From Cladosporium halotolerans (Eukaryota), in assembly GCF_011745625.1 (NCBI RefSeq), contig NW_027191457.1, forward strand, positions 558,001-622,000: a stretch of DNA of 64,000 nucleotides. Reading direction: 5' to 3'. This document shows, one piece after another, positions 23,130 through 35,100 of this stretch. Below the pieces are notes generated by a model, which saw nothing but the letters and a program-made list of their open reading frames with translations, was not told the origin of the DNA and searched no databases. A program made the translations under genes and the position numbers. Within the stretch, counting starts at the first letter, position 1. Each line of letters opens with the position of its first letter.

Positions 23130-25417
23130 ATGAAGTCTCAACCCGCCCTCAGCTGCGGGGACGCTCTCCCACGCGTGCCCTTGGCGCCTCACGTCCGCGG
23201 GCTAGATCACCGAGCCTCGCAACCTTGCACTGGCTGCCGCCCTCATCGCCCAGCCGCGCGCGGCGACGGTTTGCCGCAACGGGCAATGGTCAGCAGCACC
23301 CCAAGGCGCAAAAGAAGCAAGCAAGCACGCTGCTTCGACCTCTTGGTCGCCGTTCATGCACCGCTGGGCCTGTATGCTTGGTTGTTGCGGCCTGTCTATC
23401 CCCGTCTCAACATCACTGGTATTCAACGGTGCCAACAACGACGCGACCATGTTCGAATCCAGAGATCTGAGAGACATTGCACGAGGGAAGTCTCAGCTTG
23501 TACCACCCCAGTACCGCCCTGCCACTGGGACAGCGCGGCGTGGCCGATTGGACCTCGCCCAGAACCTGCAGAACGTCACTTCGCAGGCGCTCCCATGTGC
23601 CTATCCACACACGATTTTGCGCCTCGACCGCTGGCGCGGCCGGCATTCCGTTGAACTACGACCCTATTCTTTCGCCCAGGCCACTGCGGACCTCTAAGAT
23701 TGCCTGCTGTCCCGCCTCTGCGCCAGCTCCGCTGTCCCTGGCAGCGTTATTGCCGGTAACTGTCACCACGTCGGGACATTCGTCACCGTGCCTGCGCGCT
23801 TCCCTTTCTCCGGCACAGGATCGCCTGTGCAGGCGGCACGAGGCCGTTGGCTGCGCCATGCTGTACGGATCGCGCCTGCAGCATCCAACACGAAGGAATC
23901 CGACTGCGCCAACCTCATCACTACTGGCCGAGCGAGACTTGCGACACGCACGGCGGAACGAGGACGACTAACTCGATGCAGCCATAGCGTTCCAGCGCTA
24001 AGGCGGGCTAGCAATCTTGCCTCCAAAACCTTCTCCAGCGCTAGGCACGTGGTCTGGCGGAGGCCCGCGTGGGTTTCGCCCCAAAGACGAGGTTCCTTGA
24101 CCGGCGGAATTCGTTCTCGGACCGTCCTAACCGGCACCCTTGTCGTTGGCTTCTCAGAGTACAATGGGTCTTGTAATCTTAGTGAGAGACCTCGCTGTGA
24201 TTCTGCTCGGATTGTGCAAACGGCCCGGATCTTCAGTGCATGGACACCGGCCGTGTTCTCGAAATTGACTCGCTTGGCGCCATTCGGCGACCCGCTTCTG
24301 GTCCGCGGCGGCACTTGACCCAAGTGACATGCACCCTACCGGGCCTACTTTCACCACTAGTTAGACACCCTGGCCAGGGTTTGCGCGCAGTAATATTATC
24401 AACATCGCTGATTCTCGATAAGAGCAGCTCTACATGCGACGCCCTTGGGCTTGTTTACTCTGTATAGCGCAGTGACCCGGCGGATGGATTGGTTGACTTG
24501 CGCATCCAATTCCGCGAAGGACGGCGTGCATAGCGGATGGCATGGCAGCGGAGATCCCGTTCGTGATAAGCATTGTGCACATTGGCGACACAATCACTGA
24601 TAAGATGCTGAACGTGCTCAATCAACTCGAACATCGTTGGATTATTGAAGTGCCCAGAAACGATACTGGATTCGAAGCACGGGGCTTCATTCCAGGGCAC
24701 TCTTGGATACCAAGCCCTTGTTGCGTTGATGCGAACACGCAGAGTCGTCTTTCTTGACCACATGCAGTCTATCTTCACGACATCCGCGATACATCCGTAC
24801 CAAATCATCAACAAGCAAAGTCAGAAGCGACTCGAACTGATGGTATCTCAAGCGGAGAAGTCAACATAAGCAATAACGCTCAAAACGTGAAACACAGACT
24901 GTTTAGGCGAAAAAAAACCGGCACCCACGGATGAGCGGAGTTCCACCTGGAGCCATCCGTGTATAAGGCTGTGAACTGCTGATGGCTTGAGGTCCTGGAG
25001 CTAATCCTTCTTTGTGATGAGGCTTGTGTCTTTGGGGGCTGAGACCAGCGCCGTTCATGCACTATGGTTTTGTATTCATTGCTTCGTCGAGTCCTCCAGT
25101 GCTGGGGCCGTCAAGCATGGACCGCCATCGAGCAGGCGGAGTCTTTTTGCCCTCCTTGGAGCGTTGAATAGACCTTCAAATCGCCAAAAAATTGGCTCCT
25201 TTGACGCTAGTCAAAACGTACTTACAACGTAACACCTTGCCTTCGGAAGTTTGAGCTATTGGCAGGCCACGCGCCGCTGGCCGGTATCCCACCAAAGCCA
25301 GGCTGCCGTAAACAGAGTCGCGTCATGTCTTTCTGTCGGGAGGTCTGAAGTGTGCTGCTGCTTAGCCCAGACAATTGGTCACACAGCCCACAGAGCAACC
25401 GAGATATGACCACGCTC

Positions 25418-26555
25418 TCAACTCTGGACTGGCGACACCCCTTCAATCTCAGCGCGTATAGCCTCCCTGAGCATGCTGCCTATATCTCCAATCCACCACA
25501 GATTCCGCATCGAGTCCATTACTGTGCAATAGTGGCCCAGAATCTGCATCGCGACCCCGTCCCGATTCCTCAGCAATTGGTTGAATTCGTCCGACAGCGC
25601 TGCCGGCCACGTGCCCAGCAACCGATACTCGGAGTTAAACGGGTTCTCGATGACGCCTTTGAGCAAAGAGATGGAAGTCCTGCGGACGACATCCTTGGTC
25701 GTGTCGTGCAGCTCGTTGAGCGCGAAGGCCGTGCTGCTGAGATCCGCTCTGTATTCTGCGGGAGGCGGGTCGAAGAACGCGGCCGCTACGTCGCTGGTTT
25801 CGGGCAGGCCGCTGCTGGCTCGCCAGAGGGCTTGCTTCCCTCGCAGCACGCTCAGCACGCCGAGCGCATCCTCGTACGTGAGCTTTTGCTGCTGGCTGCT
25901 TGCGTCGGAGAAGGTGAGCATCCCGATCATGGCGGCGAATGTCAGCAGGATGCCTTGCGAGGTCTCCTCGCTGGGAGCCTGCAGCTGGTGGCGAAATAGC
26001 TGCAGGCCGAGCTGTTGATGGTGCAGCGCGCGCGTGCGGTACATGTGCAGAGCCGTTGGGTCTGTTGTCTCTTGTTTCACGTGGACGTAATGGTTCGCGG
26101 CGAGAGTCAGAAGCCCATGCATGAGCATATGGTGGTCGTAAGCTTTCTCCGGGACGATGAGCCGCCAAACTTGTTGAGCTTTCGGAGAGAAAGACATCGC
26201 TGAAGCTGTCGAGGTACAAAAGTGATGCAGCAGTCTCATATCCAGGCTGTCGAACAGGGGCCCAGACGCTGTTGCCAGCAGTGACCCGCCATGATCTGCC
26301 GCAATGCCATTGCTGGCATCTGGTGCTGGGGAGGCTGAGCCTACACCTCGCGGCTTCACGCGCTCGTAGACACAAACCTTCTCATGCCGAGTGCAGTTGT
26401 TGCAGGTCGGATGTGTCTGATCGCACTACAAAGCAATACATGTCAGCAGGCAGCTGTGCAAGAGCTGAAGACGAGACAAGGCCTGCCTTTACGCGCCGCG
26501 CCTTGCAATTTTTGCATCCGAGGCGACTCTTACTGTGGGCACGACGGCTGGGCAT
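25418..26555 (-). CDS. Zn(II)2Cys6 transcription factor, Upc2/Ecm22-like architecture
   Basis: Exon 1 26555-26487 (MPSRRAHSKSRLGCKNCKARRVK) and exon 2 26425-25418 (CDQTHPTCNNCTRHEKVCVY...DMRLLHHFCTSTA...LMHGLLTLAANH...WWIGDIG). The 61-nt intron must start with GC to give C-X2-C-X6-C spacing. Confidence 0.88.
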
Positions 26556-27041
26556 CGCTATGTAAAGTACTCCTGCGTCAGGTCGGGGGCTCGGGGCACA
26601 GCAGGACGGGGCACGACGGGGCGCAGAGCCTGATACGACGGGGTACGAAGTGCGATGAACGACCAGGCAACCTCTGCGCTGCTGACAAGCAACGGCCTCG
26701 TCGGCGGGCTGAGAACAGCAGCGCTGATTGGCGCCGGCGCCCGCCAAGCACGGTACAGATCTCTTCCGGTCCGTGCTCGCGGCCTCGCGTGGGTCGAGAT
26801 ATTGCACGGCACTCTAACCGAGCCTCTTGCCTCACCATTACTGGCCGCGCTGACGATGACAGGATCGAGTAGTGGCGACGCACGCGAATGCTCCGGCGGC
26901 CGTCGTCTAGAAGCCTGCCCGTTCTTTAGGTCTCACTGCCGCCGGCGATCTCGAAGTACTTACTCTTTCGACTCAAGGTAGGCAAACGTGTTTGGAGGGT
27001 TTCGTCAATTCCGCTTGTTCTTGCACGGGAAAAATTCAATC

Positions 27042-28197
27042 ATGTCTTCCCGCTACTGCACGGAGGTGACGCCGGAGTGTCCCGTCGAGTACACGACATA
27101 CGGCTACTACCCCAATCTCGGCGGCAACATCTTTCTCCTGGTCGTGTTCGCGCTCTGCTTCTTCGGCCAGATCGTCGTGGGATGGATAACAAAGGTCCGG
27201 GCGTTCACGATCGTGGTCGCGATAGGTTGCGGACTCGAGGCGATTGGCTATGGAGGTCGACTGATGATGAATGAGAACCCCTGGGACTCGGACGGCTTCA
27301 AGATGCAGGTCTGCTGCCTGATTCTGGCTCCTTCCTTCCTGGCTGCGGGATTCTACTTGACTGTCAAGCACCTGGTCATCTACCTGGGCGAGGAGAGCTC
27401 GAGATTGGCTCCCCGTTGGTACACCTGGATTGTAAGTCAGACCGACAGACACAACAGTCTCTTCCTCTGGGACTGAAGCTACCGTTAAGGATCCATGCTG
27501 ACCGTCCTTAGTTCATCGGATGCGACGTCGTCTCGATCATCACACAAGCCGCAGGTGGTGGAATTGCCTCTGCGGCTACTGACGGCGATAACCTCCTGGA
27601 TGTCGGTAACGGTCTCATCATGGCAGGTATCGCCTTCCAAGTCGCAACTATGGCTACTTGTATCATCCTTACCATCGACTTCGCGATCCGCCACGGTCGC
27701 AACAACCGCAAGCATGTACAGACCAGTGGAACCCCGGGCGCCATGAGTAGTACCAAGTTCAATTTCTACCTTGGCTGCTCCGCTTTCGGTTTCCTGACCA
27801 TCTTCATCCGTTGCGTGTACCGGTACGTATATATTATTACTTGCCCTCTGTGAGCTTATGCTGACGTTTACTGCAACAGTCTCCCTGAAATGGCAGGTGG
27901 GTGGGGCGGAGAGCTCATGCGTAGGGAAGACGAGTTCCTCGTCCTCGACGGAATGTGAGTATCCACTGCCGCGACAATGTGGCGCGTAACCTTTACTGAC
28001 GACACTCCTCCAGGATGATCGCCATCTCCGCCATCTGCATGACAGTTGCACACCCAGGCATCTACTTCCCTACCATCAGCTCACGCAACCGTCCCGTCGC
28101 GGCCGAGGAGAAGGCCGAGGCGGGCGAGAAGTCTTCCATGTCTTCTCGACAGGGCGACAGCCAGGGAGAGGAGTCGGTCATGGCTGAGCGACCGTAG
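27042..28197 (+). CDS. RTA1: RTA1-family lipid-translocating exporter (Rta1/Rsb1-like)
   Basis: Exons 27042-27431, 27512-27822, 27880-27954 and 28014-28197. Motifs CPVEYTTYGYYPN, LEAIGYGGR, ILAPSFLAAG, FIGCDVVSIITQAAGGG, IRCVYRLPEM and HPG. Confidence 0.9.
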
Positions 28198-28492
28198 ATG
28201 AGTCCTTTTGATTCTGTTTCTTTTCGTTTTTCTTGGCATTTGCAATCCTTGCGTCGGAGCGAATTTTTGAAAGTTGTTGCCAGCGTTCACGATTCTTAAG
28301 AAGATAGATTTTCTTTGCTTGCGCAGCCAACGTCATATACAGATCACTCGAATGTGATTCCTGGACGATTCCCAGATTTCGTACATTTCACATCCTACTG
28401 TTACTTCTTGGTTTGCTAACTAGACATGCAGCTTAACACGCTTGCTCTCGATTCGTCAATTATGTACAGTGTATATGTCAGCACATCTATGT

Positions 28493-29503
28493 TCAGATAG
28501 GCACCTTCTGCTTAGCCTTCGCAAAAGCCGGATTGAGCAGGGCAGCTGCCCACTCATACGTCGTGAACAGAATGCCACCGCTAAACACAGTCCGGCCCAA
28601 CCGCATGCTCGTTCCTTTCCAGAAACCCTTCATGCCGTAGTCGGCGATAATACTCTTGAACGCCTCAACAGTGCTGGCACCTTGGCTACTCTGGCACCGC
28701 GTCTTGATCGTGTCGAAAGGCTGCGTCGCCAACGTCGTCACAATCCCCGCCACGCAGCCGTTGGCAAAGTTCGTCACGACCGTCTGCGGAATCTGCCGCG
28801 TGCGCTCGTAGTCCTTGAGGATGTTGTACGTCCCCATGCGGAACGCCGTGGCGCCCGCCTGCTTGAGCGTCGTGCCCGCGAAGCCGCGGTACAGGCCGAG
28901 GATGCCGTGCTCCTTCCAGACGGTTACGACGGCGTGCGTCGCGCCCCGGAAGCGCTTCTCCGTCCTCGCGTCGTCGATCAGCGCCGTCTTCATGCGCTCC
29001 GTCGGCGTCACGGCGAGCAGGCTCGCGACGATGCCGCTCATCATGCCGGCGCCCAGGCTGCGCAGTGGCGTCAGCGTGTCGGTCTCCGGATCCTTGAAGG
29101 TCTCCTTGACGTAGTCGAAGCTGAGGAAGCGGATGCCGTCTTTTGCCACGCTGCCGACGGCCAGCGTCGAGCAGCCCTTGTAGAGCGCCGCAAGGCCTTC
29201 GGTCTTGTAGACATTGGCGACGACGAGGAACGGATTCCGCGGCGTGGGCACGCCTTTCTGCTCGCGCAGTTGCACGCGCGTCTTGGCGAACTCGAACGGG
29301 TACTGTCGTGTGTCAGCTTAGCGGACGGTGAGATGAGGATTGTACGCTTCTTACTGTTGCGGTGGCTTCAACGGCACCGGCAATGCCGCCGGCGAGCAGA
29401 GACACTATGGCCGGTGTCGAAGAGTCCTACACGACGCGTGCGTTAGTCGCGGGGAAGGCAATAATGGGAGCACCCGAGCAAGGAAACTTACATCGTGGCT
29501 CAT
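28493..29503 (-). CDS. Mitochondrial carrier, tricarboxylate/citrate transporter (Ctp1-like paralogue)
   Basis: Exons 29503-29492 (MSHD), 29426-29355 and 29302-28493. Three carrier signatures: YPFEFAKTRVQL, TPTERMKTALI and QPFDTIKTRCQ. Confidence 0.88.
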
Positions 29504-29843
29504 ATTGCTAGCACGCACTAGTCCAATGAGCTCAGCTACGCCTGCTAGTACTGTACATGTGCCCACGGGATGAGGGCTGAAGGTGCACAAAGGGTGATGT
29601 GCAAAGGGCTGGCTGGGCGCGGCAGCCGAGGTCGTGGAGCCAACAACCACCCCCGCGTCTTGTGTGGAGCTTCAATGGATCTTATGACCGGGGACCGACG
29701 TCAATTACAAATTTAAACGGAGCATTGGGGATCATGAAACTTGTTCCAAGCAATACCACTCCGATCATTGTATAAGAGATAAATTTATACATCATAGGAT
29801 TGACATAGTCGTAACAAGGCACCGATTACGCTGCGGAAACACA

Positions 29844-30917
29844 ATGGCAGGCATCCCAGACTTTGACGACCTCCCCAAGGTCGACGGCATGCCTCAAGGC
29901 TGCGCCTGGGGAGTCTTCGATAAAGACGGCAAGAAAGACCCGTACGGAACCGTCAACCTACTTACCCCAGAAGTCGTCAAATCCGCCTACTCCGAACTCA
30001 AAGACGGCGTCTCAGTCTCCCTTAACTGGCCATTGGGCGCCATCGCCACGCCGGGCTTCGGCCGCAAAGGCCTTAAGCACACCGTGTTCAGCTTCCTGGA
30101 CACGCCGCTAGCAGCCCACGGCTACGACGACGAGGTCGAGTTCAACACCCAGTGCTCGAGCCAGTGGGACAGCCTGTGCCACGTCCACCACCAGGAGTCC
30201 GCCAAGGGTTACAATGGCGTGCAGACGAACCCGCAGGAGCTGACGCAGACGTACGGCAACGATGACCACGACCAGAAGCTGCCGACGCTCAACCACTGGC
30301 ACAAGCGCGGCGGGCTCGTGGCCCGAGGCGTCTTCATCGACTGGAAGCGCTATGCGGACGAGAAGGGCCTCAAGCTGAATCCGTTCGACGCCGATACCTT
30401 GACCACGGACGAGATCGAGAAGATCGCGAAGCACCAGGGCGTCGAGTTCAGGCCGGGCGATGTCATCATCATCCGCTCCGGTTTCACGGAGGGTTTGACG
30501 GGTGTGTCTGCTGAGAAACAGGCTGAGCTGATGGGCTCGCACCGTGCCTGCGGTGTCCTAGGAAACGAGCAATCGGCCAAGTGGTTTTGGAATAAACACT
30601 GTGAGTCCGCTCTGCCCTTTACAATCATCTTTATTGAAATACTGACTTTGACAGTTGCGGCCGTGGCTGGCGACATGATCGCTTTCGAGCAGATGCCGCC
30701 CAAGAGGCAAGATGGTAGCGAGGGCACGATCGCTGAGCTGGTCCTACATCAGTACTTCTTGTCTCTCTTTGGAATGTGCATCGGCGAGCTGTGGGATCTG
30801 AAGGCGCTGTCGGAGAAATGCAAGGAACTGGGAAGATACAGCTTCCTGCTGACGAGCGCGCCGCTGAATGTGCCGGGAAGCATTGGATCGCCGCCGAATG
30901 CGCTTGCCATCTTCTGA
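29844..30917 (+). CDS. Cyclase/kynurenine-formamidase-like metal-dependent hydrolase
   Basis: Motifs GCAWGVF, GTVNLLTP, FNTQCSSQWD, RGGLVARGVFID, GDVIIIRSG, IGELWDL and PPNALAIF. Intron 30601-30654 (GTGAGT...CTGAC...CAG) restores HFAAVAGD. Confidence 0.88.
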   Translation: MAGIPDFDDLPKVDGMPQGCAWGVFDKDGKKDPYGTVNLLTPEVVKSAYSELKDGVSVSLNWPLGAIATPGFGRKGLKHTVFSFLDTPLAAHGYDDEVEFNTQCSSQWDSLCHVHHQESAKGYNGVQTNPQELTQTYGNDDHDQKLPTLNHWHKRGGLVARGVFIDWKRYADEKGLKLNPFDADTLTTDEIEKIAKHQGVEFRPGDVIIIRSGFTEGLTGVSAEKQAELMGSHRACGVLGNEQSAKWFWNKHCESALPFTIIFIEILTLTVAAVAGDMIAFEQMPPKRQDGSEGTIAELVLHQYFLSLFGMCIGELWDLKALSEKCKELGRYSFLLTSAPLNVPGSIGSPPNALAIF

Positions 30918-32031
30918 GCGTTTGCCTGAGAGTTACTGTGAATAGTATGATGAATGAGTATGACTGTGATGATGTATCTGGATGCCCGATGTCAGGTTGG
31001 CCTCCTTGGATTCCTGGTGCATAAGCGATGTCTGCGAGGAGCTGTGCCAAAGATCTTGGACCTCGCGTCCGCGCCAACCGGCAGCAGTCGTAACACAACC
31101 TCCGACACGAGCCAAAATAGCCATGTCCACACCGTTTGCAGGGTCCCGGCAAACCCCCAACTCCCATCATTCGAACTCGATCCTCACTTAACTTCCTGAT
31201 CAACCCCGTCAAAGCGCAAAGGTAACACGAGGCTCACACCACGCGCATCGGCGATATGCCCTTGCTTAGGCGTGTAAGCAGTCAGGCAGCAGGAGGGAGT
31301 CCGTCGCCGCCGACGGGGTTCGTAGGAAGCTCCTCCGACGGATGCGGCCACCCACTGGCGCCCGCCATGCCGTGGCCAGTGAGACGAGACCTGCATCTCA
31401 TCTTGGGTGGCGCTGGGCGCTGCCATCTCCGCTCATGTGATCGGCTGAACGACTCCGTCGGAGGCGCAGCTCCGACTCCTTGTGTGACTTCAACGCTCGG
31501 GGACTGCGCGACAGCGCGATTGGTTGGTCATGGATGTGATGCTGTTTTCGGGGAGTCGGAGCAATCACAAACCCTCTGGGTGAACGTGGCGATAGGCTGG
31601 TCAGACCGCTCTACGGGCGCTTTCATTCTGTCTCAACCTCCTCAGCGTCGGAGCCGGACAAAACCGCCGTACCCTGCTTGCGTGACATGCGCAAACCCCT
31701 GGCGCTGGAGTGATTACCGATGCAGTGTTCAAGGCGTGTAGCCGTGGCAGACCTGCAGGCAGAAGTCGTGGATGTCAGCAATGCATCCGGTGGTGTGACA
31801 AGCGAAGCCATGGGATTGGACGATTCATCAAATGGGGAAGTAGGTGCGGCTACATCGTTAGGGCGTGGAAGTGAGCAGAAGGGTAGACGTTTCAGAACTC
31901 TCATTGACAAAGCGAACATTCACGCACAATGGCACTTGTTTCGCACTGAATGCAGAATCGAATCTTGTAGATACAAAAGTCATCGAGAAGAGTATACCTT
32001 GCCAACGCTATGCACCGGGTATCCCCGCATC

Positions 32032-32049
32032 AAGAAGAAGAAGAAGAAG
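32032..32049 (+). repeat. (AAG)6 microsatellite
   Basis: aagaagaagaagaagaag just downstream of the VPS13 stop. Confidence 0.8.
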
Positions 32050-32122
32050 TAAAAGATATTATGCAAAACGCAACGCAGAATGAACAAATGCAAAACTTAA
32101 ACATTCATCATCACCAATCTCC

Positions 32123-35100
32123 CTAACCCTTCGCATTCCACCTATCATTGTACGCATTCACCGCAACGGCGACTTGCCTGTACAGCCAATTCCTGCTCGT
32201 CTCGTCCGCGATAGGGATGAAAGGTCCATTCGTGCCGCCCTTGAGCACGATACTCATGCCCGTGCGCTCCTTAGAGATGGTCTGAACATCCTTGAGCGGC
32301 ACGTCCCACTCGGTCGTCAGCTTCTTAGCCCGCACGAGCATGATGCTGTTGTAAGTGATCATGACGAGCATGCTGGCCTCGGCGCCGCGGCCGCCGTTGC
32401 CGCCGGCGTTGCGGTCACCTTGCGAGCCCGAGTTGAGCTCGAGGTGCGCGATGTAGTTCTCGTTGAAATACTTGCCGTTGTCGAGGGTCTTGAGCCAGAA
32501 CTGGCCGAGAGCCTCGCGCTGCGAGTACGGGCGGACGATGCCGTCCATGCCGATGAAGCGGGTCAGGCGCACGCGGTCGAGGCCTTCCTGGTCGAAGACA
32601 GTAGTTGTGTTCTTGACGCCTTCGGCCATGTTGGAGGCGAGATCGAAAGCGCCGATGGCGGGCTTTGTGGCGAGACCGAGGATACCCTTGCCGACGCCCT
32701 TCATGAAACCTGCAGCGCCCTCTTTCTCGGCACCTTGCAGAGGTTGGCGGGCAAGTCCGCCAATACCGCTGGCAAGACTGCTTGCGAAAGCATTTCCGCC
32801 AGAGGTGATACCGTAAAGAGCGTGCTTTGGCCGGTTACGGGAGCGCGACATGCGGCGTGCGTCTTGGAACTCTTTGTCCATACTGGCCGCAGCAAGACCC
32901 TTGCTGATGGATCCAGTGAACTTGGACACCGAGTCTGAAAGACCAAAGACGGACTTCTTGACGAAGCTACTAGCTCCCTTCGCGATGCCGACGCCGAGAT
33001 CTTGCGGGCGATCGGTGACGAGACCTTGGTAGGGCTCGTAGAAGATGTCTGCCACACCCGAGCTGATGTTGTTGAACAGGCCGACCGGATTGCCGAGGAA
33101 GTCGGCAGAACCAATGACAATGTGCACCTGCCGGAGAGACTCTTGCACGTAGTGGCTCTGGATGTTGCTGACGAGGGCAGTGACGGAGACACGAGCATTT
33201 TCCAACATAAGTGCGTTGTAACGGATTGGTGCGTCGTTGACATTGCCAATGGACATGGTCAAGACGTTGACAGCAAACATGAACGGGTTGCTGGAAGAGC
33301 TGCCAGTGTCCTCTGCGTTGATGCGCTCCGTGCGGACGAAAGACAAGTCGAACTGCATGGGCTGGAGGTGGAGCAGTTCGAAGTAGATGTCCTGGCCTGA
33401 CTGTTCCTGTTGAGGCTCTGGAATGTCGAGAGATTCAGGTGCCAGCTTGCCCTCGGTCTCTTCGCCCCAAGATGCGCCAGGGACCTTGGCAAAATCTAGC
33501 AGGGCGAAGATGAAGTCTTCGTCGATCTCAATGGTCATCTGCTGCATCAAGAAGGTGAAGTACTTGATGTAAAGCACACCGTAGGAGTCATCCTTGACCC
33601 TGGTGACAGTGGATCTGAAAATGGGGTGAGCCTCCATTTCTTTGCCTGTCTTGGGGACGACACTAGGATAGAATAGCAGCGGGAAGATGCCACCATAAAG
33701 TTGGTTGTCGATCTGGATCCACTTGACGGTCAAGGCAACAGTCTGGTATAGCGGCGAATCGGTGTACTTGAGCTCGATATCGCGCCAGGTGACGTACACC
33801 AGCTCTCGCAGCTGGGAGTTGATGAGCGAGATGCCAATACCAGCAAAGCGGATTCCAGCCCTCATGGTGACGTCGTCGTCTTGTTCCTTGACTTCGAAGC
33901 CCGCAGTCGTAGAGGCGCTGGCAGACGCAGACTTCTGTCTGTACAAGCTCTTGGACTGCTTGTAGTTGGAGAAAACCAGAGTCTGCGTGGGGCCGTCGGC
34001 GACGACGTTCAGGTCGATGACCTTCTGTCTCGCCTGGCCCGATTGTCCTGCCTGCGGGATGCGGAAAGGAATCAAGTTACCGATTTCTGCAATCTTGACA
34101 TGACGTTCCTTGCCGTTCGCACTCAGGATGATATTCTTGTTCTTCGAAGCAGGATAGTCCCAAGCGTAAGGCATGATGCTGCGAGCAGGCAATTTGTAGC
34201 GGATGGGCTTCCAGCCGGACGAGCGGTCTTCTTCATCATCGTCGATGTTCGGGTTGGCCTGCCAGAAGAGGAACTCCTGGTCACTTTCGTTGCGCATCGA
34301 GTACGGCCAGTGCTTGGTCTCCTTGCTGAGGTGCAAGAAAATTGTCGCATCTTCCATCAGAATTTCAATGCGAATCAGCTGCTGCCTCTCGCCTGCCTTC
34401 GCAAGCTTCACATGGACACTGCCAGTGTTGGCGATGTTGAAAGGCGAAGACCAGGAGTTGTTAACTCCCGGGTAGCACAGACACAGTTGCTGGCCGGTGT
34501 TCTGCTTCAGGAAGCGCAGAGGATGCAGCTCGCCGGTCTTGAGCGTGGCGACATCGGGAGAGCCAGGCTCGCGGATCTGAATCTCTTCTGCGAGCTTGTT
34601 CTTGACGACGAAGCGAGGTGTGATAGTCACGACCTTGGTGAGTTTGTATTTGCCCTCGCCTTCCTTGACGGTAAGGCCAGCATGCATCTCCGCTCGGCCA
34701 GATTCCGCAGGTAGCTTGACGTCCACCGTGGCACCGATAGCGTCGAAACTGACGGGCTGGCTCCAAGAAGAGTCTCCGACCTTCACGAGCGCACGGTTCT
34801 TGCGGTCGTCGGTAGGGAAAGAGAACATGAACGGTGTAGCCTTCGACGCCTCGGTATCGGTATTCGCCACAGTCTGTCCGGCAGCGGATTTTGCAGAGCC
34901 GAAGTATGCTTTGCTTCGGACATCGAGCTCGAGTCCAGTGCGGTTGAGGATGACGTACGGGCTATAGATAGTGATCTTGAAAGCGCCGCCACTGTCGGGG
35001 ATGTTGTAGTAGTGGATCTTGAGCCTGAGCTCCAGATTGTTGTTGTCCTTCACAGTCAATGTCTTCTCACGGCGGAAGTCCTCCTTGTTGCCAGGGTTGA

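Noticed and set aside
23356..24869. Moderately protein-like ORFs (23763-24323 -, 24455-24814 -, 24542-24869 +)
   Set aside because: Mutually overlapping on both strands with no family motifs; cannot be distinguished from chance or a decayed pseudogene.
25034..25060. GGCTGAGA resembling a TPP riboswitch core
   Set aside because: The downstream conserved riboswitch elements are absent and there is no thiamine-related gene or intron context.
28442..29446. Long antisense ORFs over real genes (also 18906-19757, 32174-32938, 46598-47551)
   Set aside because: Shadow frames produced by GC-rich codon usage of the opposite-strand genes.
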